64,000 nucleotides of DNA, taken from assembly GCA_965263215.1 (NCBI GenBank), contig OZ253663.1, forward strand, positions 2,220,656 through 2,284,655, read 5' to 3'. Numbering within the stretch: the first letter of the stretch is position 1; each line of letters starts with the position of its first letter. The notes below the pieces were generated by a model. The model saw only the letters and a list, made by a program, of their open reading frames with translations. It was not told where the DNA came from and made no database searches. This DNA comes from an uncultured Micavibrio sp. Lineage in GTDB: Bacteria; Pseudomonadota; Alphaproteobacteria; Micavibrionales; Micavibrionaceae. Below, one piece after another: positions 47,584 to 57,800 of this stretch. Both the position numbers and the translations under genes were made by a program.

Positions 47584-48405
47584 ATGCCGCACCTCTATCA
47601 AATGAACGTTTTAACAATTATAGAGATCGGCAAAGATGGCGTTTTCCTTGAAGGCGAACATTACGGAGATGTGCATCTGCTTGATGCCCCTAAAAACCTT
47701 CGGGTAGACGAAGAAATAGAGGTTTTTATCTATCGCAATACATCGGATAATGTCGTGGCCACTGTGGCCCCCGCGCGTGTTAAAGTCGGTGAATGTGCGA
47801 ATTTAGAAGTGGTTTCAACGGGTGATAACGGTGCGTTTTTAGACTGGGGCTTGCCCAAGGATTTATTCCTCCCCCATTCAGAACAAGCTTATTACGTAGA
47901 TGAAGGCGATTATTGCGTCGTGCATGTGTATCTGGACAAAAAAGGACGCCCCGCCGCCTCATCCTTGCTCTACCATCACTTAGATGAATATCAAGGTGAT
48001 CTCGAAGAAGGCCAACAAGTCGACCTCCTCATCGCGGATGAAACCGAACTGGGATTTAAGGCGGTTATCAATCACAAGCAACTCGGCCTTATTTATCACA
48101 GCGAGCTTTCACAACCGCTACAGCTTGGAACAACCATGAAAGGATGGATCAAAAGTATTAGCGACGATGGAAAAATCAATCTCAATATTAATGCCTTCGA
48201 CGCAGATACGCGCGACGCGCTAGAAGCACAAATTCTAAATCAGCTCAAACAAGAAAATGGGCGCATAGATATTTCAGATAAAAGCCCGCCTGAAGAAATA
48301 TTTGCGACGTTCAAGGTTAGCAAAAAGAATTTTAAACGCGCGATCGGCAGCCTATATAAACAACGTCTCATTAAAATTTCACCGAAATATATTGAGCTGG
48401 TTTAG
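47584..48405 (+). CDS. S1-like RNA-binding protein, CvfB/YitL family
   Basis: 273 aa. S1-like repeats (GAFLDWGLPKDLFLP) and a C-terminal winged-helix tail (FKRAIGSLYKQRLI). Confidence 0.7.
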   Translation: MPHLYQMNVLTIIEIGKDGVFLEGEHYGDVHLLDAPKNLRVDEEIEVFIYRNTSDNVVATVAPARVKVGECANLEVVSTGDNGAFLDWGLPKDLFLPHSEQAYYVDEGDYCVVHVYLDKKGRPAASSLLYHHLDEYQGDLEEGQQVDLLIADETELGFKAVINHKQLGLIYHSELSQPLQLGTTMKGWIKSISDDGKINLNINAFDADTRDALEAQILNQLKQENGRIDISDKSPPEEIFATFKVSKKNFKRAIGSLYKQRLIKISPKYIELV

Positions 48406-48638
48406 TCAGCTTGCTTAACACGGATTCTATTCTTCCCTACTTTGGAGCCATGTAGCTCTTTTATCGCTATCTCCCCTTCATGCGCCAACGCCATTTCCAC
48501 AAAGGCAAACCCCTTTGACTTACCGCTATCTTTATTAAGAACCAGATCACATGCTTTAATATTACCGTAGGCTTTAAAAAGCTCAGCGACCGATTGTTCA
48601 CTAAAATCACGGGGTAAATTAAGGGCAATAAGTTTCAT
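48402..48638 (-). CDS. RRM (RNP-1) RNA-binding protein
   Basis: RNP2-like KLIALNLP and RNP1 KGFAFVEM. The ATG at comp. 48636-48638 has GGAG 8 nt upstream. Confidence 0.8.
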   Translation of the reverse strand: MKLIALNLPRDFSEQSVAELFKAYGNIKACDLVLNKDSGKSKGFAFVEMALAHEGEIAIKELHGSKVGKNRIRVKQAD

Positions 48639-48904
48639 GGTAAAAGCTCCAAATGAATGAGACATCAATGTCTGAGTACCATAAGCACGCACTATTGCCT
48701 AGTTTAAAGGGGTACAGACACCACGGAATAGCAAAAGCCTCAGAGCCTGTCTTCACCTCTGCCCCCCTCCGCTTTAACGCTTTCCAAAGCTGCGCTAATT
48801 TTTCATTACGCGGGAGAGACCATGTCAAACAGAGGCGTGGCCGTTTCCGAGATATCTTGTCGCACTATGAAATTTAATTACATCAGTTTACAGAATTTTA
48901 TGCA

Positions 48905-51900
48905 TTACAAAATATTGATGTTGCCATTTTCGATCAACTGTTGAAGATCAAGATTTTGTAGTCCTTCCAACGCAACCAAATCAACAGCTTGTGCCGCGTT
49001 ACCGCTACCGCTTGTATCGACAGACAGAACAGTACCGCCATCAACCTCACGTGAGAACACAAAATCATCAATGGCTTGTTGCGTGGGATCATACCCTTGC
49101 AGCAAACTTGATAAATCAAGAACATCACCTTCGTCGGTACTGAAATCTTTAATGACATCAACGCCTTGGCTTACAGCCTCCATCACAAATGTATCTTGAC
49201 CGGAACCACCGGATAAAATGTCATTGCCCGCGCCGCCATAGATAACATCGTTACCTTCTTGACCGTAAATAACATCATTACCATCGCCACCGCGCAGCAC
49301 ATCATCACCGCCCTGACGCCCAGCGCCAGAACCAACAACACTTTCCTGTGACAATGCTTCGTGGTTGTTTTTGATATATTCAATGGTATCCGCACGTGAC
49401 CAATTCGGGTTAAGTGTACTTTCGCCATTTTCAAGACGATCAAACACGTCCCACCCTGACCCGTCTTGCATGCTCAAACCATGTTCATCAGCCAATGTGT
49501 CTGTGTGAAGACTATCACCAAAGATCGTGTCATCGCCGCCACCGCCTTCAATGACATCATCACCAACATCATCTAACGTATTGATTGGGCTCGTATCTTT
49601 CAAAATAATCGCTAAGTCAGATGGATCATCAATGTTCAAGGCATCTCCGCCCTCATCAATGACATCCAAACGTGACATCACCGAATTACTGGCATTTACA
49701 CCAATCGCGATAACATCATCACTCAGTGATTGTAACAATCCGACCTCGTCTGATCCGTCTGCGCCCGTGATTGCCGCCATGACCGCATTGGCACTACCGC
49801 TTTGTACTGCGCCTGTATCATCATTAACCGACCTGTTCGGATTACCATCAGAAATAAAATAGGTGGTTGTAATAGCATCCCCGCCCAGAGCATCACCACT
49901 TTGCAGCCATAAATTAGCCTCTTGCAATGGCGACTCATAATTCGTGAACCCATTACCTGTTAACCCATCCAGATAATTAATCGCGGCGGTTAACTCATCC
50001 GCATTTGTAACCGTGAACGTCCCGCTTGGCATCACGTTTGTTGCAAATGGCGTGATGTGGATTTTAATCTCTCCGCCTTGATATGCACCAAAGTCATTCA
50101 GCGCATTTTCAACGGCATCTTTTAGCAATGAAATACGAGACGATGCGTTACTTGCACTCCCCATAGAGCCTGAAACATCAAGGATAAACACAAAGTTATA
50201 GTCTTGTGTTTCAGTGATTGTACCCGCACCACCGACATCACCGACCAGTATATCACCCGCCGCGCCGCCAACAATCGCACCTTCTTCGCCGCCAATATGA
50301 TGGTCAACATCCGACTTCGATGTATCGTCCACGTTTTTACCGACGATCAATTCAGGCGTTAAGCCTTTCAGCATTAAGATTGCGCTGGAACTATCACCAT
50401 CACCATCAGTCAAAACATATTCAAATTCATCACAAACATCAGATGGGTCCTCATATGTCGCTTTCACGTTATTCAATAAGAAAGACGCGCCTTTATAAGA
50501 ACCCGCATTTGTTGAATTCAGCGCGATAGAGGTAATAGCAAGACCACCAAAATCAGACGCATCAAGGGAGAAAGAAAATTCACCATCAACAATTTGGCTT
50601 GGCACGAATTGCTGTTCGCCTGCAACTGTCGTTCCATCTTCTAATGTCACCACAAAGTCCACACCATGTTGACCATAGTTACTATTGCTACCGATCTCAG
50701 AAACTGTGATTGATACATTTTGTGCATTTTGATCAAAATCAATGTCAAAAGTTTCCCCTTGCGGCCAGACCTTCTTACTGTCGCCGTTATTCAAATTATC
50801 AATACCAATGCCACTGCCGTCTGCCGTATCAACCCAACTCAAGTCGTAATTACCACTATTGGCTACGGAAACCGTTATTCCTTCTTGCGTAAGCGAATTT
50901 TGTGTACCAACCACATCCAACGCCACAGGATCAAAAGAGGACATGCTTGTTGTTGTCCCTGCCCCTGCATTGAGCGTGTAGGTATAAAACCCATTGGCCG
51001 AAAGCTCTAACGTACCATAATCGCCATCAATGGTGATTGTTCCCGTTTCAGGCACATCGACTGTATTGGCTCCAAATTTAACTTGCGTGACCGTATTATC
51101 TATATCCTGTGACAATTCATCATTTGCCATGACATTGCCATCGACGCTGCTGTCGGATACGTCAAACGTCGCCGCATCATCATGCGCAACCGGTCCATCG
51201 TCCAGAACGTTAATTTTTAGTGTGCCATCAACGCCATCACCATCGAAATCTCTGGCTGTTACGCCAAAATTCAAAGTGATCACATCATTCGGGTCAGACA
51301 TATCAGGATGATCAAGCGTCCCTTCCAGAACAAAATTATATGTGCCGTCGGCGGCAATACTTAATGTGAATACAGTGTCAGTGCCCGCAACACCAGTATA
51401 GGTGTTGGTTGCACTGTCGAAAGACACAATTACGGTTTCACCATTTGATGTCAGTGTTTGGCTTGGCCCGACACCGTTACCCGTAAATCCGCCCGCGCCA
51501 TCTTGTCCGAAATGTGCATCCAGTTGCCCAGATACTGAAACATCCGGTGCCATGTTTGTTTCATCAACACTCGCCGTTTCAGGAACCACACAGATTGGCC
51601 CGTCATCCAGAACGTCAACTTGCACCATTGTTTCAATCGGATCACCGTCACCATCGGTGGCAATCACACCAAAATTCAGACTAACGGCGTCGTTTGGATC
51701 ACTGCTGTTCGGATGGTCAATTGTACCAATCAATGTGAAGTCATAATCACCATTATTGTGAACCGTCATTGTAAAGACCGTCACGCCGTTGGCCGCACCT
51801 GTGTAAACACCAGTTGTGGCATCATAGGTTACGATTACAGGATCACCGCCGGATGTAATGCCATTTATTACGGATACACCGTTTCCTGTAATTGTGCCTT

Positions 51901-53032
51901 CACCATCACCGCCGAAATCAACAGTGACAGAACCTGATGCAGTTTGCGCGCCGGATGATAAATCCGTTTCATCGACACTGATATCTTTTGTATCAATCGA
52001 AATCGGCGCATCATCTTTCACCGTAATACTGACGGTTGTGGTTTCAATATCACCATCTGAATCTGATATTTGCACACCGAAATCTAATTGTATTGCATCG
52101 TCAGGATTACCTCTATCCGCATGATCAAACGGCAAGATTTGGTTGTAATTATACTCCCCTGTCTGCGGATCAATCGTAAATGTGAACACGGTCTGACCAT
52201 TTGCCATACCCGTATAGCCCGTTGATGTGGCCGTGATAATAACATCGTGACCACCCGAATGCAGTCCACCATCGGCCATAGAACCTGACGGCACAAAATC
52301 ATCATTCGCGGAGATTTCTCCGCCGCCATTCCCCCCAAAGTCAAAGGCCAAAAATCCGCTATCACTTAAAGAGAATCCATCTGTTTCATCCAAAATTTTA
52401 GCAGCACCAAAAATTTCCGGTGCATCATCAACGAAGCCCGAACCTTTTCCGCCGTCCTCATCGTCAATAAATTGTTCATCACGATCAAATTCAATCCCGT
52501 ATTGTAATTGTGTTGGGTCAATCGGGCCAACATCTTCCAAACCGATAACGCCTTGTGCTTCGAATTCACTTTCAAAACCATAACCACCACCAGATGGTGC
52601 GCCAACGGCCTCACCTGCTGCGGGCTCTACGCCTGCTAATTGTTCGGCGACACTCGCAAGTTCTTCCTCAGCGCCCTGCGGAGCTTCATTTGTCTCAGGG
52701 ATAATGCCGTTTTCTTCAAGCGCAGAGATAGAAGAAAAATCTTCTGTGTCGTTTTGCGCCAACAACATTTCTTCATATCCTTTTGCTTCGTCAACCGCGC
52801 ACACCTCATCATCTTCCAGCGGCATTTCTTCTGCCCCCAAACCAGGTTCAATAGAAGCCAACTTAACCGCAAGGTCATCCATGTTCAGACCTTCAGTATA
52901 TCCATCCATAGTTGATCCTAACCCATCAATCACCAACATCGACGTGCTCATAATTTCTGTACCGGATAAACCTGTTACAGAATCCCCCGACTGTTTGTTA
53001 GAACCATCATCATTAAACTGAAAATCAAGCAT
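48905..53032 (-). CDS. giant RTX-type adhesin (tandem T1SS-143/VCBS-like repeats, VWA domain, Ca2+-binding nonapeptides, T1SS C-terminal target domain)
   Basis: 1375 aa and very acidic. MIDAS motif FVFILDVSGSMG. GGxGxD repeats GGDGNDVIYGQEGNDVIYGGAGNDILSGGSGQDTF. C-terminus DVIKDF...GDVLDLSSLL. Confidence 0.9.
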   Translation of the reverse strand: MLDFQFNDDGSNKQSGDSVTGLSGTEIMSTSMLVIDGLGSTMDGYTEGLNMDDLAVKLASIEPGLGAEEMPLEDDEVCAVDEAKGYEEMLLAQNDTEDFSSISALEENGIIPETNEAPQGAEEELASVAEQLAGVEPAAGEAVGAPSGGGYGFESEFEAQGVIGLEDVGPIDPTQLQYGIEFDRDEQFIDDEDGGKGSGFVDDAPEIFGAAKILDETDGFSLSDSGFLAFDFGGNGGGEISANDDFVPSGSMADGGLHSGGHDVIITATSTGYTGMANGQTVFTFTIDPQTGEYNYNQILPFDHADRGNPDDAIQLDFGVQISDSDGDIETTTVSITVKDDAPISIDTKDISVDETDLSSGAQTASGSVTVDFGGDGEGTITGNGVSVINGITSGGDPVIVTYDATTGVYTGAANGVTVFTMTVHNNGDYDFTLIGTIDHPNSSDPNDAVSLNFGVIATDGDGDPIETMVQVDVLDDGPICVVPETASVDETNMAPDVSVSGQLDAHFGQDGAGGFTGNGVGPSQTLTSNGETVIVSFDSATNTYTGVAGTDTVFTLSIAADGTYNFVLEGTLDHPDMSDPNDVITLNFGVTARDFDGDGVDGTLKINVLDDGPVAHDDAATFDVSDSSVDGNVMANDELSQDIDNTVTQVKFGANTVDVPETGTITIDGDYGTLELSANGFYTYTLNAGAGTTTSMSSFDPVALDVVGTQNSLTQEGITVSVANSGNYDLSWVDTADGSGIGIDNLNNGDSKKVWPQGETFDIDFDQNAQNVSITVSEIGSNSNYGQHGVDFVVTLEDGTTVAGEQQFVPSQIVDGEFSFSLDASDFGGLAITSIALNSTNAGSYKGASFLLNNVKATYEDPSDVCDEFEYVLTDGDGDSSSAILMLKGLTPELIVGKNVDDTSKSDVDHHIGGEEGAIVGGAAGDILVGDVGGAGTITETQDYNFVFILDVSGSMGSASNASSRISLLKDAVENALNDFGAYQGGEIKIHITPFATNVMPSGTFTVTNADELTAAINYLDGLTGNGFTNYESPLQEANLWLQSGDALGGDAITTTYFISDGNPNRSVNDDTGAVQSGSANAVMAAITGADGSDEVGLLQSLSDDVIAIGVNASNSVMSRLDVIDEGGDALNIDDPSDLAIILKDTSPINTLDDVGDDVIEGGGGDDTIFGDSLHTDTLADEHGLSMQDGSGWDVFDRLENGESTLNPNWSRADTIEYIKNNHEALSQESVVGSGAGRQGGDDVLRGGDGNDVIYGQEGNDVIYGGAGNDILSGGSGQDTFVMEAVSQGVDVIKDFSTDEGDVLDLSSLLQGYDPTQQAIDDFVFSREVDGGTVLSVDTSGSGNAAQAVDLVALEGLQNLDLQQLIENGNINIL
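51194..52420 (-). repeat. three tandem ~136-aa protein repeats inside the adhesin gene
   Basis: Each unit reads ...TVFT(F/M/L)T...(Y/D)(N/D)F...DH(A/P)..(S/G)(N/D)P(D/N)D(A/V)..L(D/N)FGV...D.DGD......V.V.DD(A/G)P, spanning about aa 205-343, 343-478 and 479-613. Confidence 0.8.
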
Positions 53033-53283
53033 CTTGAGGCTATCTCCATATTATTTTCTTCGCGTTTCAATAAAACGCTTTTCATACAAACTCAGGATAT
53101 ATTTTGAAATTACGCATACCCTATCTCATTTGCTCAAAATATAGATAAACCCTTAACAAAGACTTACTTTTAGAAAATTTTATGAAAAATAATATGCCTG
53201 TTAACGAATCTTTTATGTTTAGGGCATTAGAATGAAAAAACTGAACAACCGTGTTGGGACATAAAAACAAGTAGGAATTAAAA

Positions 53284-53487
53284 ATGGCACGAACATTTCA
53301 AATTGGTGAAACAGGCATAGATGCGATGATGACGCAGGATGGCAGTATATTAAATACACAATCTGCAGATGGGGAAATCTCGGTTATAGAGGGCAACACT
53401 GCCATGACCGTACAAAACCCTGATTATCAACCTGAGGATGTAGTACAAACCAATACCCCTACGAACCTTCCGGGGATAGATATCTAG
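53284..53487 (+). CDS. hypothetical small protein
   Basis: 67-aa ORF with GTAGGAATTAAAAATG upstream. A good intrinsic terminator follows it. Confidence 0.5.
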   Translation: MARTFQIGETGIDAMMTQDGSILNTQSADGEISVIEGNTAMTVQNPDYQPEDVVQTNTPTNLPGIDI

Positions 53488-53514
53488 TTCTACCTCCCTT
53501 AAATATTGAAGTGA

Positions 53515-53544
53515 AGCACGGCTCAAATGGCTGTGCTTTTTTTA
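53515..53544 (+). terminator. rho-independent terminator
   Basis: AAGCACGGC-TCAAATG-GCTGTGCTT, a 9-bp stem with one G.U pair, followed by a T-run. Confidence 0.7.
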
Positions 53545-53703
53545 TTTCAAGCCATAAAAACCTTAGAAAATATAGTTTAACAATTGCAACTTACCCTCCC
53601 AAAGCATAAAGTGCGCAAACATCTATTATTGTTAGCTTCATACGCATTTATTTACGGTACAAAAATGCTGTGCGTTATTTGACGAAATGTGTCAGGGAAA
53701 GAA

Positions 53704-54825
53704 ATGAAAAAATCACATCTCATTGCTGTCGGTTTTTCCGGCCTTATCATTATATGGATGGCCTTTGGTATGGTTTTTTCAGGAAACCCTGCGAAGACGG
53801 ACAACGCTCAAACAGACAAAGATAATAATGCGCAAGCTATGACAGTTGAGGTAAGCGTACAAAGCTCCGCTCCTGTCATCAGTTATATTATTTCGCAAGG
53901 CCATGTCATGCCTGACCGTGAAGTGCATGTACGTTCAGAAGTTGCCGCACAAGTTACTGAAATTTTAATTGAAGAAGGCCAAAACGTTAAAGCCGGCGAT
54001 ATCATCGCAACGCTTGATATTGACGATAGACAAGCCAAATTGGATAAAGCCATCGCAAAAACGGCAGAAGCACAAAGAAAATATAACTCCCTTAAAAGCC
54101 TTAATCAAAAGGGTTACACGTCCCAAACGAAAAAAGACGAAGCATTGGCAACATTAAGGTCTGCTGAAGCCGACCAAAAGCTTATGGCGTTGGAGATTGA
54201 GAACACAAAAATCAAAGCGCCTTTTGATGGAATTATTGATCATCAAAATATAGAGGAAGGCGATTACGTTCGCGTGGGAGACGAAGCTTTCACAATCGTA
54301 GATAATGATCCCCTGATTGTAACCGTTCACGTTCCACAACATGAAATTGGTGCCTTAAAGGTAAATGGAATGGCGGCAATCAAGCTCGCCACGGGGCAAA
54401 ATAAGCAAGGTAAAATCCGTTTTATCGCCCCCCGCGCGGAGCAAACAACACGAACGTTTCGCGTTGAAGTTGAAATCCCAAATCCTGACAATTTGCCATC
54501 GGGCATCAGTGCAACGGCGCTCATTCCCAAAAAAAGCATAACCGCCCATTTCATTTCTCCCGCCTTACTTGCGTTAGGTGAGCAAGGTGAAACAGGCGTA
54601 AAAATCGTAAATGATAAAAACGTCGTTGAATTCTATGAAGTGAAAATCGTCAAAGCAGAACCAAGCGGGGTTTATGTGACCGGATTGCCCAAGCAGGTAA
54701 AAATCATCAGCAATGGACAAGGTTTTGTCTCAGCAGGAGAAAAAGTGTCCTTTACCCTTACTGATGAAACAAATAGTAACGACACAGCAACACAAAAATC
54801 AGGAAAGCCAAATGAAAGTCATTGA
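53704..54825 (+). CDS. efflux RND transporter periplasmic adaptor (MFP)
   Basis: N-terminal anchor, lipoyl/hairpin motifs (GDIIATLDIDD...AKLDKA...IKAPFDGII) and a beta-barrel C-terminus. ATG at 53704. Confidence 0.88.
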   Translation: MKKSHLIAVGFSGLIIIWMAFGMVFSGNPAKTDNAQTDKDNNAQAMTVEVSVQSSAPVISYIISQGHVMPDREVHVRSEVAAQVTEILIEEGQNVKAGDIIATLDIDDRQAKLDKAIAKTAEAQRKYNSLKSLNQKGYTSQTKKDEALATLRSAEADQKLMALEIENTKIKAPFDGIIDHQNIEEGDYVRVGDEAFTIVDNDPLIVTVHVPQHEIGALKVNGMAAIKLATGQNKQGKIRFIAPRAEQTTRTFRVEVEIPNPDNLPSGISATALIPKKSITAHFISPALLALGEQGETGVKIVNDKNVVEFYEVKIVKAEPSGVYVTGLPKQVKIISNGQGFVSAGEKVSFTLTDETNSNDTATQKSGKPNESH

Positions 54826-57800
54826 TGCCGCATTTGATCGCTCACGTGTGGTGATGCTGTCTTTTGTTATGATCTTAATCTCTGGCGCTCTGTCTTATAT
54901 TGCAATTCCGAAAGAGTCAGAACCAGACATTCCCATTCCGACATTTTATGTTTCGATGTTTCACGAAGGCATCGCCCCCGAGGACGCAGAGCGTCTTTTA
55001 GTGCGCCCCATGGAACAAGAACTTCAGGCATTGGAAGGCCTGAAAGAAATGAGCGCAATTGCAGGGGAAAGCCACGCGTCGGTCACACTGGAATTTAGTG
55101 CAGGATTTGATCCGGACGAAGCGTTGCTCGATATTCGTGAAAAAGTCGACTTGGCGCGATCGGAATTGCCACCTGATGCAGAAGAGCCACGAGTGATCGA
55201 GTTAAATGTTGCCCTTTTCCCTGTGATTAGTGTCGCCTTATCCGGCCCTGTCCCGGAACGACAACTGGTCAACATTGCGCGTGATTTACAAGATAAAATA
55301 GAAGCTTTACCTGGTGTTCTTGAGGCCGAAATCGGTGGAGACCGAGAAGAAATGATGGAAGTCGTTGTTAATCCTTCCGTCATGGAAAGTTACGATATTA
55401 CCTTTCAGGATATCGCAGCCCTCCTCCAAAACAATAACCGCCTTATCGCTGCAGGCGCCATCGACTCAGGTGCAGGTCGAATGGTGTTGAAAGTTCCCGG
55501 CGTTATTGAAGATATCGATGATGTCATGAATTTACCCATCAAAACCCTAAATGAAACAGTTGTGACATTCAAAGATGTGGTTAGCATACGGCGCGTATTT
55601 AAAGACCCGGAAGGTTTCGCACGTATTAAAGGAGAAGGGTCTGTCGTTCTGGAAGTCTCCAAACGCCTTGGCGCTAACATCATTGAAACAATTGATCTTG
55701 TCCGCGAAGTGATTGAAGAAGAACAAAAATTGTGGCCAGAAACCATAAAAGTCACATTCATGCAAGACAAGTCTGTCAACATTAAGGATATGCTGAAAGA
55801 CCTGCAAAACAACGTCTTATCTGCCATCGTTCTGGTTATGATTGTCGTCGTGGCCGCACTTGGTGTACGCCCTGCCTTTCTGGTTGGTATGGCTATTCCG
55901 GGGTCTTTTTTGGCCGGCATACTTTTAATCTATAGTATTGGCTTAACCATCAACATCGTTGTTTTATTTAGCCTTATTCTTGTTGTTGGTATGCTTGTTG
56001 ACGGGGCCATCGTTACCATTGAGTTAGCGGATCGAAAAATAGGTGAAGGTTTAGAGCGCGCAGAAGCCTATGCCTTTGCCGCAAAACGCATGTCTTGGCC
56101 CATTATTGCATCCACAGCAACAACTTTGGCCGTATTTTTCCCGCTTCTTTTTTGGCCGGGTATGGTCGGCGAATTTATGAAATATTTGCCAATCACCGTT
56201 CTCTTTACGCTTATGGCATCCCTTTTTATGGCTCTGATCTTCATTCCGGTTTTAGGTGGCCTGTTAGGCAGTAAAACTGTCGGTGACATGGGAAGCTTAG
56301 AAGCAATAAAGGCCGCAGAAAGTGGTGACTTAAAACAAATAAAAGGATCGACCGGGAAGTACCTCAGATATCTTGAAACACTTTTACACCATCCTGCAAA
56401 AGTACTGCTGGCGGCCATTGTCTTTCTTATAATGACCTTTGTTGCCTTTGGAACCTTTGGTAAAGGCGTAGAGTTTTTCCCCGACGTAGAGCCTGACTTT
56501 ATTCAAGTACAAGTCCAAGCACGCGGAGATCTTTCCGTTTTTGAAAAAGACAAACTCGTTAAACGTGTTGAACAAAGAATTTTGGGCATGGATGTATTCA
56601 AATCCGTATATTCCCGTACATTTGGCAATACAAACAACCAACAAAATATGCCCGAAGATGTGATCGGTGTTATACAACTGGAGTTTATCAACTGGCGTTT
56701 ACGCCCCCCTGCATCTGAAGTGATCGATAATGTACGAGAAAAACTTAGCGATGTTGCAGGCATAAAAGTGCAAGTCAGAAAAGCAGAATCCGGACCATCT
56801 GCAGGGAAGCCCGTTGAGGTTGAAGTACGTTCGACAAGTATGACCAAGCTTACGGAATCGATTAAACAAGTAAGGGGTTTAATGAACGATATCGGTGGGT
56901 TCGTTGACCTTGAAGATAGCCGCCCCCTGCCCGGTATTGAATGGCGTTTAGAAATTGATCGCGAACAAGCCGCACGCTCAGGAGCCGATGTATCCGTTTT
57001 AGGAAGTGCCGTGCAACTTTTAACTACGGGCTTGAAAGTTGGCGAATATCAACCTGATGATGCTTCTGAGGAACTCGATATACGCTTGCGCTTTCCTACC
57101 GATGAAAGAAGCCTGGAACAACTCATGCAATTACGTGTGCCAACACCTCTTGGACATATTCCCGTCGATAATTTTGTGCGATTTGAAACAGCGCAAAAAA
57201 CAGGAAACATCAATCGTGTAGATGGCCGCCGTGTTATGACGATAAAAGCAGATGTGGAAGAAGGATTGCTTGTCGACCAACAAGTCAAATTATTAAAAGA
57301 AGCTGTCGCAAATGCCACTTTTGACCCAGCGGTCAGCGTTCACTTTAAAGGACAAGACGAAGACCAAAAAGAAGCCGGTGATTTCTTATTGAAGGCATTC
57401 TTAACTGCGATATTCATGATGACCACTATTCTGGTGACACAGTTCAACAGTTTCTATCAAGCCATCTTGGTTTTAAGTGCCATTATCTTCTCAACGGCAG
57501 GCGTTTTGCTTGGCTTGCTCGTCACCGGCAATCCATTTGGCATTGTAATGGGTGGAATCGGTGTCATCGCTCTCGCGGGGATAGTCGTAAACAACAATAT
57601 TGTATTGATTGATACATTTAACGATTTGAAGAAAAGCGGCATGGAGCCCATGGAAGCCGTTCTTCGCACAGCCGCGCAACGTATGCGCCCTGTCCTTTTA
57701 ACCTCCATTACGACTATCCTTGGCCTTCTTCCCATGGTTTTTGCAATGAATATTGACCTCATCAACGCAGATATTGCCTTCGGCGCACCATCAACACAAT

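Noticed and set aside
49527-53021. Numerous 60-115-aa ORFs on both strands inside 48905-53032
   Set aside because: These are shadow frames of the compositionally biased, repetitive RTX adhesin gene. They are Ser/Pro/Thr/His-rich nonsense with no start context.
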